From NCBI GenBank assembly GCA_965202585.1, contig OZ241833.1:12772001-12836000 (forward strand): DNA of 64,000 nt, written 5' to 3'. A program made the position numbers and the translations under genes. This document shows positions 22,150-36,732 of the stretch, piece by piece (position 1 is the first letter of the stretch; each line of letters starts with the position of its first letter). The notes under the pieces are model-generated. The model saw only the letters and a list, made by a program, of their open reading frames with translations, was not told the DNA's origin and searched no databases. This stretch comes from Thalia democratica (Eukaryota).

Positions 22150-25100
22150 CTGTTAAACACCTTGTTCGGCAACGTCGTTTAAAAAACTCATTTTATTTAC
22201 TATTGCCTTACGTCTGTGTAATATTTATCATTTATCTATCGTTCTGCTGGTTTAACAAGAAAAAAGAACAGCGGCCTATAATTAAAATAAAAACATTGAA
22301 CTATTACCAACAAAGTTTGTTAGGTTTCTCTTCTCTCGTGACTTGTGACTTATCATTAAAACGTGGGAATGTATCCTAAGTTGAACCCATCTTTATCTTA
22401 TAGCAAGATACTTCTAGTACTCTTTAAAAATTATACTATGATACTTAAGTAAACTAAAATGCATAATAGTTAGTCGACTTCAGATAAAAAACATAAATAA
22501 ATTTTAATTTTGTTTGAAAAAAAAAATATTTAAAACAACAAAAAAACTTTACAAAAAATAAGTATTACAACTGAATATAAAACTGAATTTGTTTCATTTT
22601 AAACAGTTGTGCTGCTGATTTGACTTGCATTAACTAATTTAGAGTTAAATAATCAATTTTTTGATTGATCGATTTTCTTCAGTTCCTTTTATTTTGTCTA
22701 TTTTGAGCTATTTTCTTCAGTTCGACATTTAAGCGAACAAAATAAACTTACACAAAAAAAACAAAATTAATTCATTAACAAAAACAAATCCCCTTTATTT
22801 TCTAGTGAGAAGAAAAGTTTGTATCTTGCTTTTTTATTTGGTTCTTTCCTAGAAATAAATTGAATTTTAATATTTACTTGTTTATTAAAAAATAAGGCTC
22901 TTATGAAGTAAATGTTAAATCAATTCATAACTTGGATAAGCTTTTGCAAAATAACACTAACATATGAAAAAAAAAATAAACGTCCTTCTTTAAAATTAAA
23001 AAATACCGGTAGAACAAAATTATCAAACGTCATCTGCTCAACTTTGGTGAAAGCTAGAAAGCTATTTTTTGTCTTGCCTTTTTACATGGTTTGTTATGCT
23101 CTAAAGATTTTTCACTGCAAAACTTTAAGGTCGGGGTACCAGATTGATCCAATAAAAAGTTCTGACTGTATATGTTATGCGTACCATATAACTTTAGACA
23201 AAACTACTCTATTCACAACAAACGATGATAAAATATCTACTTGTTTTAAGTAAAACTTATATTTAATCAAGCTTTTTAGAAATACTTGAGTTAATAAAAA
23301 ATGTATTTGTATTATTCTTGCGTAAACATATAAAGATTAGGTTTTTGCAAGTTTAGCTTGATTCGTAGAATAAAATACCATGAAACTTTTGGTCCAAAAC
23401 ATTTTTTAGGTTTAGTGCGTTTCATTTAAAGTACCTACCTTAACTACTGCCTTATTGTAGTTAAAACCACTCGATCAGTTTTTATGAATTAATACAGTGT
23501 AACAGGGACGTAGCTAGCTCAAAAAAATTACGAACCTGCAAAAAAAAATCAAGAATTATGTGTGATGACGTCATAGCGGGAATAGAGTAGTTTTAACTAC
23601 CTTTAATTTTATATGTTAGTGTGCAGTTTTGTTAAAAATTTAAAAATAATTTGAATATTGAAGTATAATGAATAACTGATTACAAGGCAATTTGTACTGC
23701 TTTTGACCCCCTATAATTCTTTATGTGTTTCAACTTTTATGAACTCATAAAACCTTTCATTTGAAATAAAAATATTAATTAAGAATTTAATTTTTATAGT
23801 ATTACTGATAGGCCTAAAATATATAACTTTGAAAACAGTTTCCCCAATTCAGAAAACATTTTCAAAAATTAGATAAAAATCATAAACTTTAGAAGTTAAA
23901 TAAAAAACAAAAGAGATATAAAATAAAAAAGTTCACAACATTAGATAAAATTCAGATGTACAATTACTTTATTATTGTCAACAACAATTCATAAAGAAAT
24001 GAAGAGTACACGTCTTTGTAAATGTTATTTCTAGCTTTGGTAGCATTAAGATTTAAGCTGTAAAAATGAATGAAACATTTTCTTACTTAAAAAATTTGTT
24101 AAATAAAAGCTGTAAAAAATAAATCAAACTCTTATTTTTACAAAACAAATTTGTTAAATAAAACAACTTAGTTAAATAATTGCAAACTTTGAATATAAAA
24201 CATCAATATTTGAAAATGAAGAATTATAACTTTTTTCTATATCATTGAAATAAGACTAATTTTTCAAATTTATCAAAGTTTTTTTTATAAAATTGGTTAT
24301 AAAAAAAAGTTTATTAAAACTAGCTAGCAAAATCTCATTCAAATCTAGAAAACATCTGTTCTGATATTATTAACAAACCTAAAAAGATCCTTGGTTTTCA
24401 TAAATAAAACAAAACTATACTGAGTCAGTCTGAGTTCAAAAATAAAACTGTAAATATCCTAGAGTTATCCAGAATACTTTGAGTGTGTGGCAACAATGTA
24501 AACTTTAAATCCTTCAACTTTGCTAAAAAATGCAGTAAAAACTTTAACTAAGGTTAGCATTTATAAAATCTTTAAAACAAGTTTTAGTTAAAAAATAAAG
24601 TTTTAAAATACAATAAAAAAACAACAATTTGTTTATATTAATCTTGAAAATATAAAAACTTTAACTAACCTAAGCATTTATAAAATCTTTGAAACAAATT
24701 TTAACTAAAAAATAAAGTTATAAAAAAAAAAAAAAAACTATAATTAGTTTATATTATTCTTAAAAAAATGTTCATATTTTTGAGTTTTTTTTAGTTTGTC
24801 TTCTTGTTGCAAGCTATTTGTCTTATTGTGTTATTTTTTCTGATTTAATAGATTCTAATATTTTAGATAAAACTTCAGGAAATGATATTATCATCACTGT
24901 TTAAAACGTTTTTCATTTTTGTATATTTGTCAACCACAGGTATTTTATCTTAAAACATTCAAATCAGAGAGTCAATTTGATTTAAAACAAAAGTTAATTC
25001 TTTATGTTAGTTTACTTTGAGGTTCATCTACTTTAAAATTCATCTTGTTATATATTTTCTATCTGTATTTGCTCTTTTGTAACACAAAAAAATGTAAATT

Positions 25101-28059
25101 TCAAAAAAATATTAAGTTCTTTTTGACTCACTACAAACATTTCAATAGTACAAGATCCTCTCTCACACTTACTTTTTTTATTCTCTCACACCATTTTAAC
25201 CAAATCTACAGCTTCTAAATGGTTTTTTTTTACAATAATTTGCTATTTGATAACAGAAATCTACACCAACCAATTTTTATACAATTTAGATGTATTCAAT
25301 TTGTTCAATATTTACGACACTAAAAGTGCTAGAGAGTACAGTTAATGTAAAAATTATCTCTCAGGAGTGCAAAACTAAATATAAACGAATACTGAAAGCT
25401 AAAGAAACAAGATCTTAAAAGCTGAATAATATGCGAGTTTTTTCGCACAAATGTTTACGTTTCTGTAGATTTGCAGAAACGTACTAAGCTACACTTACTA
25501 TAAATTATGAAGTATTTTATTTAAAAAATACTAAATGCTGTTGTACAAAACTAGTGAAGTCTGGGCATCGCACTTAAACAATCTAGAGCCATCGCTCTAT
25601 GTACCCACAATATGACTTCAGTGATTTTGTTACTGTATTTTACTACCAATTAATTTAAATTATTTAAATTATATCAGATATAGCATATGCTTGTTCAACT
25701 GTTAGTTGCTAATAGTATTCGATAGTAAAAGTTTTGTATGAAACAAGCTCGTAAAATAATAAAACAATAATTTTAAAATAGTCAAAGTATTAAAAAGTTA
25801 CGTTTTTTGCACTAGAGTATTAGAAAAACTTATATAATTGAACATGAAAAAGTTATTCATTACTTTGTTATTTAAATCAGTAATAGTCTATAACAAGTTA
25901 ATAATTGTATATATTAAATAATAAAACTCACTAACTTTATAAAGCAGCTAGATGTACTAAGCGATCCTTAATTAGCTCCTGTAATGATTAATCTTAAACT
26001 AACAGTATAGTTTAGCCTATAGTCTTAAAAATGTTTTTAATTTAATCTGACTAAACTTTTTTTTTGTTTTGATTGAGTTTTGCAAAAACTGTTTGAAAAG
26101 CTTAAAAGAAGTGGCAGTTTTAAAGTTTCTAGTAGTCGCAGTTTTTAAGAATCCGTAGTAAGAGTATTTGCACGCTTTTTGACTTCGTCGACTAGCGGGC
26201 ATTCCAAGTTTTACTAAGTGAAATACACTTCACTGTTTAGAACCGTGGTCCAGATTTTGCGGCAAATCTGAATAAAAAACGTTTCGCAAGCACGTTATAA
26301 TAAGTTCCTTTTGCTAAAATTTTGAATACTAATTGGCAGTTCTCACCGTTGATTAAACTGTACAATCGAATTCGGAAACTTTCAGTTTCCGTCTGTTCGG
26401 TATAAACAACGTAGTGTCGTTTGGTGAGCAACTTCTGCCAGCCCAAGCAATTTAAGTCGTTATACGTGAAGCAATTGCTCCCTTCCAAACCATTTGTTTC
26501 AGAACGAGCAATCAGGAAACACAAGTCAACAAAGTTTATTAACGCCCGTTTAATTCTAAAAACTGTTTAAGTGTGAGTATTCTTTTTTATCGTTGTTTTG
26601 TTTACCTTGTTTAATAAATATTGATTTCTTAATCGTTAATTGATAACAACTACTTATAGACTAGGTTAGCTAAATAACAAGTTATATTCTTAATACTTAC
26701 CTAATAGCCTAGCCTATAGTAATCGCAATAATTAAGACAAATTTAGTTTCAGAGGATTTTATTGTGAATCTGTAATGGTTTACTTGCTGTTTCATTGTTT
26801 TGAATGCCGAGTAATGTTTAGTCAGTCAACCAGACCGGATTTCTAATGTAACTCAAGTAAGGTTACAATTAAAAGCAAATTAAGAGCAAGAGTAGAGTTA
26901 ATTTACAAAATCTGATGTAACGTTTTATGCGCAATGTACTGTACATACTCGTTAGAATTGGAGCTAGGGATTCGAGTCAAAACTTTCAAGCATGCAGTTC
27001 CAGTGAGATAATGTGGTTCTAGTATTTGAACTTATTACTCTTTCATTCTTTTATAAAAAATTATATAAAAATGTTCATTTTTTATAATTTTTTTATGGTT
27101 TTAAAGTTCAAGTAGTTTATATGATTTACGATTTGAAAATTCGTTCTTAATTTATAACCAATACGGAACCATAGCTGTAAAAAATAGTATAAACTTATTA
27201 CTAAGATATTCATTATTACAAACAAACAAACAAATAATATTTTAAGTATTCTTATTCAAAGTTTTAACATATAAAAATGATGCTGTAAATTTAAAAATAT
27301 TTACAAAAAACTTACAACTTTTCAGACTACAAGTTTTAAAATCTTTAAAAATATCTTTTAAATCACTACGTTGCCTAAATGTACCAGTTGTATCACATTA
27401 ACACAATTTTGTTAGACTAGCGTAGTAGTCTCATCTGACTGTAGTTTCTTTATACTTTTCAAAAAAAAAAGCTTACAGTTTTACCGCTATAGAATAGTAG
27501 TTAATAGTTTTGTGATAGAGCGCAAAAAATGATTGTACAAGATCGGCTTCGCTGACTAATATTAATAGTTAAAATTTATATAACAAAAAATAATTAAATC
27601 TTTCTCACTGCATAATTAACACTTATTGCAAACGGCTCATCAATACCTATTGAGTTTTCTTAATTTTGTTTTTTACAATTTAATTGATTATCAGACTTTA
27701 CTTTTTTTTTTCAAAAAAGAGTTAAAAAAAAATATTTTTTAAGTTTGTTTGAGTATTTTCAAGTATGGCTTTTCAAAAATTGTATCTTATTAAATTAAAC
27801 TGAATTGAAATTAAAATAAAACTATATTGTAGTTAGAACGTTAAAGTTTTAAAAATACAAAATCACTTCATAATCAAGTGTAAACTAAAAAATAAACTAG
27901 ATGCTAATACTAAATAACTTTGCTAAATACTTATAAAACTTGTTAGAGTAAAATCAAACTAAAACAAACCAACGATAAAAACTGTCAATAAAAACTACAC
28001 ATTTTAAAGATATTTAAGGAACAAACTACTATAAAATTATTTAATATAAATATTAAGAA

Positions 28060-28500
28060 AGTTCAGTCTGATATACAAACATTTTCTGCTTACATAAACT
28101 GGGCCTTAAATATTGAATTCACAAGGCTTCCATAATAAGTAGCTGAAAAGAGTTCTCCGCTCTCATTAAAACTAAAAAGTTCTCTTCTTTATACTTTCTC
28201 GCACCTAATGATTGTCCAAAAATTTTTGTTTTTTCGCAGGTTTTTTCGAACGTCCATCAAATTAGCTTTTAAAGATTTTTGGAACATTTTGCTTTTCTTC
28301 TCCCTGATAGTTTGAAGGCGAGTTGAAAAAACTTCAAAATACTATCCTTTCCCTTGGTTATCCAGGTAACTGATGTAAGAAGTTTAACAGTATTAAAAAT
28401 GATTGGTTTTCAGAAGTGTCCAGTGTACTTAAAACTTCCGTACCTTGGCAATATTTTTAAGAAGTTTTTTTTTTTTTTAATCTGAGGAAGTAAACCAGGT
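28060..28500 (-). mobile_element. Highly degenerate Penelope-like GIY-YIG C-terminal fragment
   Basis: ENFLVLMRAENSFQLLIMEAL*IQYLRPSLCKQK resembles the PLE endonuclease C-terminus (...E.L.I...KPSL..Q). Confidence 0.5.
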
Positions 28501-29510
28501 GTAATACTCTAATGCGGTTAGCGGTAGAGTGTCGTCTTTTTTCATTCTCTTCTCTCAAATTATTTCATTTGTTTTAATGAGGTTGTTGTTGTAGTTACTT
28601 TTGCTTTTATTTTAGCTTTGTGTTTGTTTCTTATGACCAACCATGCATATTTATTAAACATCGTTACTAGCGTAACTGTCAATTGTTTTTAATTTAGGCT
28701 GTTAAGCAAAAGTATTTTATTTCCTACTATTTTGCTACTACAGTTTGTTGTATTTTTTCGCACATTTAATCATTGTAAATACATTCTCAACTTACAGACT
28801 CGATTTCAGTTGTATAAGTAGTATAATTTATCTGCAACCTTATAAACCAACGTTAGTTAAACATTCGTATAAGTTCAAATAACACTTTTAAACCTACTAT
28901 ATTAATTAGCTAAGTCAGTCTAAACATTAGCTTTAGAACGAACTTAGGATCCACTTTATATTAGCGCCTATATATATAGTCAGTTACCGCCAGGCCCGCG
29001 TTACATAAATAGCAAAGCACAATAAAAATTGGTTTACAGGTTTTCGGCTCTCTTCGTTTAAGAAAATTTTATATACTGATCGACCTCTAAGTTGTATTTA
29101 AAAAGATATTTGAAAAAAGTAATACTATCTTTAAGTTTAGTTGTCACTGTGGTAGTGACTACGTGTAAATGACACCTCAAAGGTTTCACGTAAGAATCGA
29201 TCAGCATGTTCCGAAAATCTTGTTTGATGGATTCTAACTACAGTAAAACGTTATTACAATTTCAATTCAGCTTTATTTATTAAGGCAAAGATTTTGATAA
29301 GCCTTACTTGAAAGTACTCAAATAAATTTTTTTAAATGAAATGTGTTTTGTAAAATATTTTGAATAAGTTATGCACCGAAAAAAAATTCTTAAAAGATTT
29401 TATTTCATAAAAAATAAAAGTTTTCAATGTTATTTATTGATTGACTTAATTAAAATAATATGATTCTTTTGTTAGTAAATTCCAACAATTTCTATATAGT
29501 TCTACTCCTT

Positions 29511-29661
29511 TTAGAATTTTCGTCCTATGTACAAGTCAAACATGCATGGCTTTAGTCTAGCACGGATGTTGTCTCTCAGATCCAACTGTTTGTCAGGATA
29601 ATGCTTGTGGTATCTTTTATGAGCCATTGTCTTAAAAGGAACTCCCAAGCGGTGTTGAACT
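29511..29661 (-). CDS. Terminal exon 6 of uncharacterised minus-strand gene
   Basis: Acceptor CTTATTTTTTAG; VQHRLGVPFKTMAHKRYHKHYPDKQLDLRDNIRARLKPCMFDLYIGRKF*. Confidence 0.65.
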
Positions 29662-29773
29662 CTAAAAAATAAGTATGAGCTTTTAAAGACAAACTTTTGT
29701 GCTTTGTTAGTTTAATGAACGACAAAAACAGAAGCTCAAAATATTTGGTTCAAGGACCTGGTGCACGAAGAAC

Positions 29774-29844
29774 CTTTCGGTTATCGAGTCACACACATCT
29801 TGTAAACCTTTTCAATTAAAAATCAGTTTTGTGACTGTCTTGTG
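29774..29844 (-). CDS. Putative exon 5 of the minus-strand gene (contains in-frame TGA at 29812-29814)
   Basis: Acceptor TTTTTAATCATTAG; HKTVTKLIFN*KGLQDVCDSITER; phase 0 to 2 fits neighbours; donor GTTCTT is weak. Confidence 0.35.
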
Positions 29845-30599
29845 CTAATGATTAAAAAGCATTTATTGTTATATAAAAATCATAAAAAATTACTTTTTTC
29901 CATCATATGTTAAACATTCCCACAATGGAACTGATTTTGACTTGACTTCATCAACTACAATGTTTAATTTCTAAAAAAAATACAATAATTGTAGTATAAA
30001 AGTAAGCAACTATTTTTGGTAACTGTTTTCATAAATTTTAATAAAGTAAAAAATATTCTGTATTAAACTATTTTAAATAGTATATTCAGCATACTCTTAC
30101 TCCAAAAGTTTTAGAGAAGTAAAAACTTATAGAAGATTGGCAAGCTAAATGTTAAATATTAAAACTCGACATTTGTTGCACAGCGATTAACAATGTTATT
30201 TTATTCAATAATAAGGAAACATTTAACGCTAGTTCAAAAGAAAAAAAAAACTTAACTGCAGTAAAAAACAAACTACTCAAAGATCTATTGTAAATGTTAA
30301 ACTAGTGTAGCCATTAGTATAAGAAAATTTTGTCTGCATATTCTATAACTCTTTCTAAAATAATATTTGAAGTTGTTTCGTTATTTTTAAAGTATTTTCT
30401 CTAAACATGCAAAGCAATGATATTAGGTGTAAAAATAAACGAGCAATAATAATTTTGTTTTCAACTTTCACTAATTTTAATAAAAACTTTTTTTTTGTTG
30501 TAAAAAAATTAACAATAAAATACTATCTAAATAATTTAGATACATAGAATATTACCTAACTAAAAGTAATAAATTTAACGTTTTAAAATTAATGTAAAC

Positions 30600-30707
30600 T
30601 TTTTGCTTTTCAACTTGAGCAATTTTTTCTTGGGGGCTAAGATCTTTAACACATGGTTCATTAGAAAGTTTGTACGACTCTGTGTCACGAAAAAAGTTAC
30701 GAGGAAG
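30600..30707 (-). CDS. Exon 4 of the minus-strand gene
   Basis: Acceptor ACTTTTCAG; LPRNFFRDTESYKLSNEPCVKDLSPQEKIAQVEKQK; donor GTTTAC. Confidence 0.55.
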
Positions 30708-30984
30708 CTGAAAAGTTTTAAGTTTGAAAATTTAATGTCATATAAAATAATACCTAAGTTTTAAGAATATATATACACAAAAATCTACACTTTTCTATTA
30801 AAATTATTTGATATATTTTTTTAAAACTTAGTATACATGTTAAAAATATATTTTTTAACAACAAATTTCATTTAACAGTTGTAGAGAAGTTAACTATTAA
30901 AATTCTTTTCGTATTTAAACATTGTAAGATCTCTTATAATTTGCTATATAAATATAAAATTGTGCTTTTTTTTTGTCTACATAC

Positions 30985-31281
30985 TTTTCCACGTTGGAAC
31001 TTAGACCCTCTTCTCATTTTGTTAAAATTTTGTTCATTTGGTCTGACTTCCATTACTTTGTCGTTTTCATTTTCTATATTATCAACGGAAACTTGATCAT
31101 TATTCTTCAACGTCATTGCCTCAAAAGTAGCTGCAAATGATTTTCTTCTTTCTTGTAATGTTTCACCTTGACTTTTGAAAACTTCATTGTTACAACTAGC
31201 TATTTCACTACCACAGCTAACTTTTTTAGACTGTGTCGTTACAACTTGTTGAAAATAAAGCTTATTTTTGATTCTTTTAGA
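30985..31281 (-). CDS. Exon 3 of the minus-strand gene
   Basis: Acceptor CTTTTGTTTAAG; 99 open codons ending RRGSKFQRGK; donor GTATGT. Confidence 0.65.
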
Positions 31282-31708
31282 CTTAAACAAAAGCCCATGT
31301 CTATAAACATTTTTTTAAAGTTTTCTAAAAGTTAACATTTATCAGAATATTGACTCATAAACCATGTGAGAGTGTTGAAACGTTTATTAATAATTTTTAG
31401 AGCTTCCTAGCTTAAACAGTTTTTATAAAACTTTCATTATAATTAATGATATAAAAATATATTTATATAATATTATGATTAATTATTATAATAATATTAA
31501 TAATATTATAATAATAACATTATAATCATATAAACTTAGTTATAACTAAAATTATTTTTTTATTAAAATGTTTATAAAAAACAAACTGAATTGTTTATTA
31601 TACTTTTATCCGATATTTTTTGTTACTAATTTCGGAAAGCAGATCAAACTATTTTAAATATTTAATTAAAGCAACGAAAAAAAACTTCTATAATGTTTTT
31701 TAAATGTA

Positions 31709-32715
31709 CAGTAACCTCTCGCATCTTTACGCACTCGTGGCGTTACGAAATCTCGTTTAGTTACGCACTTTAGAATTCTAAAAAATTCTAAAAATCAAAA
31801 TTTTAATTTGTTTAAATATTGCACAAATTAGCTTTATTGTACATTTTTAATTTTAAATATGTTTATATATGCTAACTCACCTCTCTATATCTTTAAACTT
31901 TGTAAACTTGTGTTCCTTGTCTAATTGATAAACACTTAGTTATACCTCAATATATCAGAAATGTTGTTAACAATAAGAGATTAAGTTAAAATTATGAAAG
32001 AAATATTACTGTGTTAAATAATAAAAGTATAATCAAATAATGAGAGTTTCAAACACAAATAAATATTACAGCACTCTTGCCCTACATATAAATAAATATC
32101 CAAAAAAGAAATCTATTGAAACTTCCTAGCAAAAAGTAGCAGTGATACTTTATAAATATAGAGCTTACACTTAACACAAATCTCAATTTTTTTTAGTAAA
32201 CATATCACTAGTTTTTCATATCACTAATTAATCAAAAGAAAAATCTTTTAAGGCACCAAAAGAATATTTTTGTAAAAGGCTATAGAAACAAATTTTTATA
32301 TAGACACCACACCATTTCTTGATTGTAAGCAAATGCTTAACTATAAATTGAGTTTGCTAAGTAGAATAAGATATAAATTAAAGTATCATATAAGTCACAT
32401 ATAAATAAAGATAAAGATGAAACCTCCTTATTATTAAAATTAGTAAAAATTTTCTACAAGTACTATCATTTTATATAAATTTAAATCCTTTTTTTAATAT
32501 ATTTATAGTTTTATCTTTTGTTTTTATATTTATGATTAAAGTAAACAAGTTGTTAAAGGTGAGAAAGTCCCCAATCTGCTTTTATCTAGAAGCAATATCA
32601 AAAAACAGCCATTATAGTAAGTATATTTGGTACCTCTCGTATTTTTACGATCTCTCGTATCTTTACGCATTTTTTTCTGTGGACACAATGAGCGTAAATA
32701 AGCGAGAGGTTACTG
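31709..32715. mobile_element. pogo/Tigger-like (Tc1/mariner) MITE
   Basis: TIRs CAGTAACCTCTCG / CGAGAGGTTACTG; TA on both flanks; subterminal CTCTCGTATCTTTACG repeats. Confidence 0.9.
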
Positions 32716-32869
32716 TAAGTGTTTAGTATCTAATTAGTTTTAGTTATAGCATTCACAAACATACAGACAGTACGTTTTGTGAAACAGTAGGTACAAAATT
32801 ACAGTATTCAAGGTTATATTTTCGAAGTTTATCTTTCACTTTTTAATATACCATTTGCAACGGTGCAAT

Positions 32870-33377
32870 GACGAAGGGTCAATTTTACACGAAGATACTT
32901 TTGCTTGAAGACAAATTTGCATGAGGGGACAAAATTACACGAAGACAGTTTTGCACGAGTTACAATTTTGCACGGAGCGTAATTTTTACACGAGAGTAAA
33001 AAAAACAGAAAAAAAACTAAAAAATAAATTAATTAAAAAGAAAAAAGTACTGACCGAGGGTAAGAGTTAGGGGTATAAGTGATAGTAAAAATAAAAATAT
33101 GAAATAACTAAGGGTTAGGGGTAACAGTGATAGTAAAAAATAAATAAATAAATAATTAAATAAGTTACCGACCGAGGGTAAAGGTTAGGGGTAACAGTGA
33201 TAGTAAAATGAAATAAATTAATTAATAATTAATGAAAAAAAGAATTAATAAAACTAATAAAATTATTAATATTAAAAGAATTTAATCCGTGCAGAAGTGT
33301 CTTTGTGCAATTTTGTTATCGTGCAATTTAGTCCCCTCGTGCAATTTTGTCCGCTCGTGCAAATTTGACACCTACCC
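32870..33377. mobile_element. Mutator-like MITE with TTTTGCACGA subterminal repeats
   Basis: Ends TTTGACACCTACCC; same family as 52389-53868; internal GGGTAACAGTGATAGT repeats. Confidence 0.7.
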
Positions 33378-33391
33378 ATATATACATAGTA

Positions 33392-34545
33392 TAATAAGGT
33401 TAAACTTTAAGCATCAATTTTAGATAAAAGATGAGATGTATAAAGGTTGAAAACTTATTTATTTCATTATAATATATATATAGCTTAGAACGTAATAACA
33501 TATAAAGATTTCAAAATCCTCTTATTTAAATATAGCTGAGACTGAGCTTTCTAGGTATGTTCGCGGCCTAAAGCGCAAAAACATTGATTTTAAAGTAACT
33601 TGGGAGGTGATATAAAGAGCACAGCCAATTGTAACAACCCTGTTTGTCCGCTAGTTGGCTTGCTTTTCTCTGCCTCTCTCGTATTTTATAATAACAACAT
33701 AAGAAATCAAGACTAATGATTCAGTTTGTGTGGGCGCTTTGGCGTCAACTTACAGTTTCATTTCTACCTTTCTTGGTTTTAACTTAGTTTTTTATATTGA
33801 GTAGTTATGTTTATTTTGTTTAATAAATGTGTTTGTGTACTTTGTATAAGTTAAACTCATTAAAGCAACCAATCTAAAAACACACCTTCTTTACTTAAGA
33901 GAAATAATTATAGATAAGATTTAATAGTATTTAATAGCAGCCTTGATTCAAGTCCTCTTAAATCTTCGGTTTGTTAAAACTAATCAAGCTAAAATCAATG
34001 AAATGTAGAACACATAGTTAAAACAGGGTAGGTGTCAAAAAAGCACGTCGTCGCTTTAGTACGGAGTGACATTTTTGCATGGAAATTTTTTCTAATTTTT
34101 AAAAACTGTTCACTTTAATAATGATTAATTATTTTGTAGTTATTAAGTTAACAAACAATTAAATGTGACAATTAGTTCTAACACTTTTGAAAGTATCGTA
34201 TTTAAAAAATTATAAATGATGTTTTAAACTAGGAGCACTTTAAATTAAGCTGTTTTTTTTAGTTCCAAAACTATAAAAACAACTAAAAATCTAAACGGGT
34301 AGAAGTGTTGTTAAACTTAAATTAAGTTTATTTACATTTGAGAAGTCTATTTATGATTTTTAAAACACATAGATAAGCATAAAAAAAGTTGCGAGATGCG
34401 TGCATTTAGAAATAAGAGGATTTTGAAACCTTTAAATGTTATTACGTTCAAAGCTATATATATTTTATAATGAAATAAATAAGTTTTAAACCTTTTTACA
34501 TCTCACCTTTTATCTAAAATTTACGCTTAAAGTTTAATCTTATTA
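33392..34545. mobile_element. Disrupted Penelope-like insertion with inverted termini
   Basis: Inverted arms 33392-33527 and 34410-34545. The + strand piece 33537-33660 (ETELSRYVRGLKRKNIDFKVTWEVI*RAQPI) closely resembles the GIY-YIG of the 10841-11997 element. A further GGGTAGGTGTCAAA TIR starts at 34026. Confidence 0.6.
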
Positions 34546-34749
34546 CAATCAATTCAAGCTTTTTAAAAAGGTTTTAAGAATCCTAAAGCATGTATATTAA
34601 GCTTTATAAAAAAGGTATTATGTAGAAAACTTTATAGTAAAAGTATCAAAACAATTTAATTTAAAACTACATAGTAAAATAAATTAATAAAGTTTGTAAA
34701 TTTAGTTTTGTTTTAGTTTTAATTAAAGCTTAAACTTTTAACTCCTACT

Positions 34750-34872
34750 AAGTCTACAGAAAGCTTGTGGTCTGATGATCGAAGTGGTATGATTAAACTT
34801 TATGCTAACTTGAGCTTGTCTTACGGCATACGGAAGCCCAGGCTTAGGCTCTCTAGACTTTCGCCGATATTT
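34750..34872 (+). mobile_element. 5'-truncated copy of the hammerhead-bearing short element (ribozyme core missing)
   Basis: AGTCTAC..GCTTGTGGTCTGATGATCGAA...TTGAGCTTGTCTTACGGC...GACTTTCGCCGAT. Confidence 0.75.
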
Positions 34873-35509
34873 TCTTTGATCGTTTTTAAAACGAGCTTAG
34901 TGGACAATGTATTAAACGTTGCACGGCAAAAGACAAAGCTGACGTCACCGATCATGCCAGCTTTGTTTGTGGTTATCAGTTTAAACGAATAGAAAAACTA
35001 TAAGATAACTTTACTTTTGGTTGTATCTGGAAACTATAAAAATAACCTACTATATAAGAAACAAAGCGACTAAATAACAACTAAGTGGTCACAGAAATAA
35101 TTAATTTTGATAACATAAGTTATTATTATCTTTACAGAGTTTTATACTTGAAGCTTACTTAAATATTAAGTAAAAAAAAAACACTTATAACAAATTTCCG
35201 GTTAAACGTAGTGTGATACAAATAATGGTAAAATTTAAAATAATCAAAAATATTTTAGTTTGAAATATCTTATCGACTAAAAATAGATACTACGTAAAAA
35301 TACTTATAAATATACTTCATTGATTTACAAAGTACATTTTATAACTCAAATAGTTTTCAAAATTTTTGTTTGACTAAATAATAATTTCAAAAATAAAGTA
35401 AAAGTAAAAACCTTCGTAGTTCTCGGTAGTTGTAACTCATGTATGGTGGTTTGCAATGAATCGGAGTAAGCGCTTTTGGATTTAATCCTCCAAACTTTTC
35501 ATAGCTTAC

Positions 35510-35591
35510 CCCGATAGTTTTCAATTTTTCTGGTGGGTGGGCTTTCACTCTAGAAATTTCGTGTCTAGCTTTGTTGTTGTCCTCAGTATTT
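35510..35591 (-). CDS. Exon 2 of the minus-strand gene
   Basis: Acceptor TTTTAAAAAG (phase 2); NTEDNNKARHEISRVKAHPPEKLKTIG; donor GGG|GTAAGC. Confidence 0.55.
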
Positions 35592-36732
35592 CTTTTTAAA
35601 ACACATAGAGTTAGAAGTAAATAAAATAAACTTTGAAAAATTAACAAACTAGACAGCTCTAAGTTATTGTAGTAGAAAAAAAAGCCTTCGAGTATAAACT
35701 ATATCTAATTGTTAACTGGTTGAGTGCACGACTATTTAAATTCGGATAATCTAAATTTTAACAATTTTGTGTTATTGTTTGTATCTCTTTTAATAAATAT
35801 TAGATAACAAAAATACTTTATCATCATAATCTTAACAACTAGACCTGCATGCACAGCACATTTTTACTTCTAAAAGTTTTAACCATTTCTTTAGATATGG
35901 CTAAAACAAAACTTAAAGTTTAGTAATTTTTAACCCTTTTGAAATTTCACTTTTAGCAAAAATTATTTTAAACTTTTTTTTATCATAAGCTTCTTAGTTA
36001 CAAGAACTTTTTGTATATATATTTTTAAATATGTATTGCTTTTTAGATGTGACCTCTTAAAAATAATTTTAAGAGTTTTAATTGTTGGAATTTGAATTGT
36101 AATGTAAACATGCTGGTTTCATACTCAAATTAATAGATACTTTTAACTTTGGAAAAAAATATAATAATAAAACTAAATGCTTAAACATGTTTGTCATTTG
36201 ATAAAAAGTAAAATTTTTGTAGAATTTCAAACTAAACTACTAACTTTTTAAGCAAATTAGAATTTTTTTTTAATTATTTAAAACTAAAATAAAAACTTTA
36301 GATAAAAAAACGAATTATTTCACCTTTAATAATTGATTATAAGTGTTTTTCAAAATTCATAACTGTTTAAAACTTGAAAAACTAGTCAAACACATAAAAA
36401 CAGTAAAGAAAACAAAGTTTGTTTAAATTTATAAATAACAACAAAATTACTTGACATATTGTTTATAGATACTTAAAAAGTATTTAAGCTTTTATTTTCT
36501 ATAATTAATTAACAGCTAAATTATATTTTTTTATATTAAACTAACGCTTGCTGAAAACTTTAGTAAAATTAATTGCATATTAACAACATAAACTTATCTC
36601 AAGTAAATTCGTCTCAAAAACAAAACTTTTACCTTTTGCACAAGTAATCATTTTACCAATTGTTTCAGATACACTTTAAAAAAAAAATAGGTGATTTATT
36701 TTTTTTCTAACTTTATACAATTTTTCACTTAC

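Noticed and set aside
23505-23530. GGGACGTAGCTAG resembling a tRNA 5' end
   Set aside because: No cloverleaf or B box; more likely a MITE terminus.
22600-25420. Coding-like stretches with many stops
   Set aside because: No recognisable domain or consistent splice model; probably old TE debris.
34900-34990. CIKRC...DHASFVC resembling a LINE zinc knuckle
   Set aside because: Short, no upstream RT, and not shared with the other copies of the adjacent short element.
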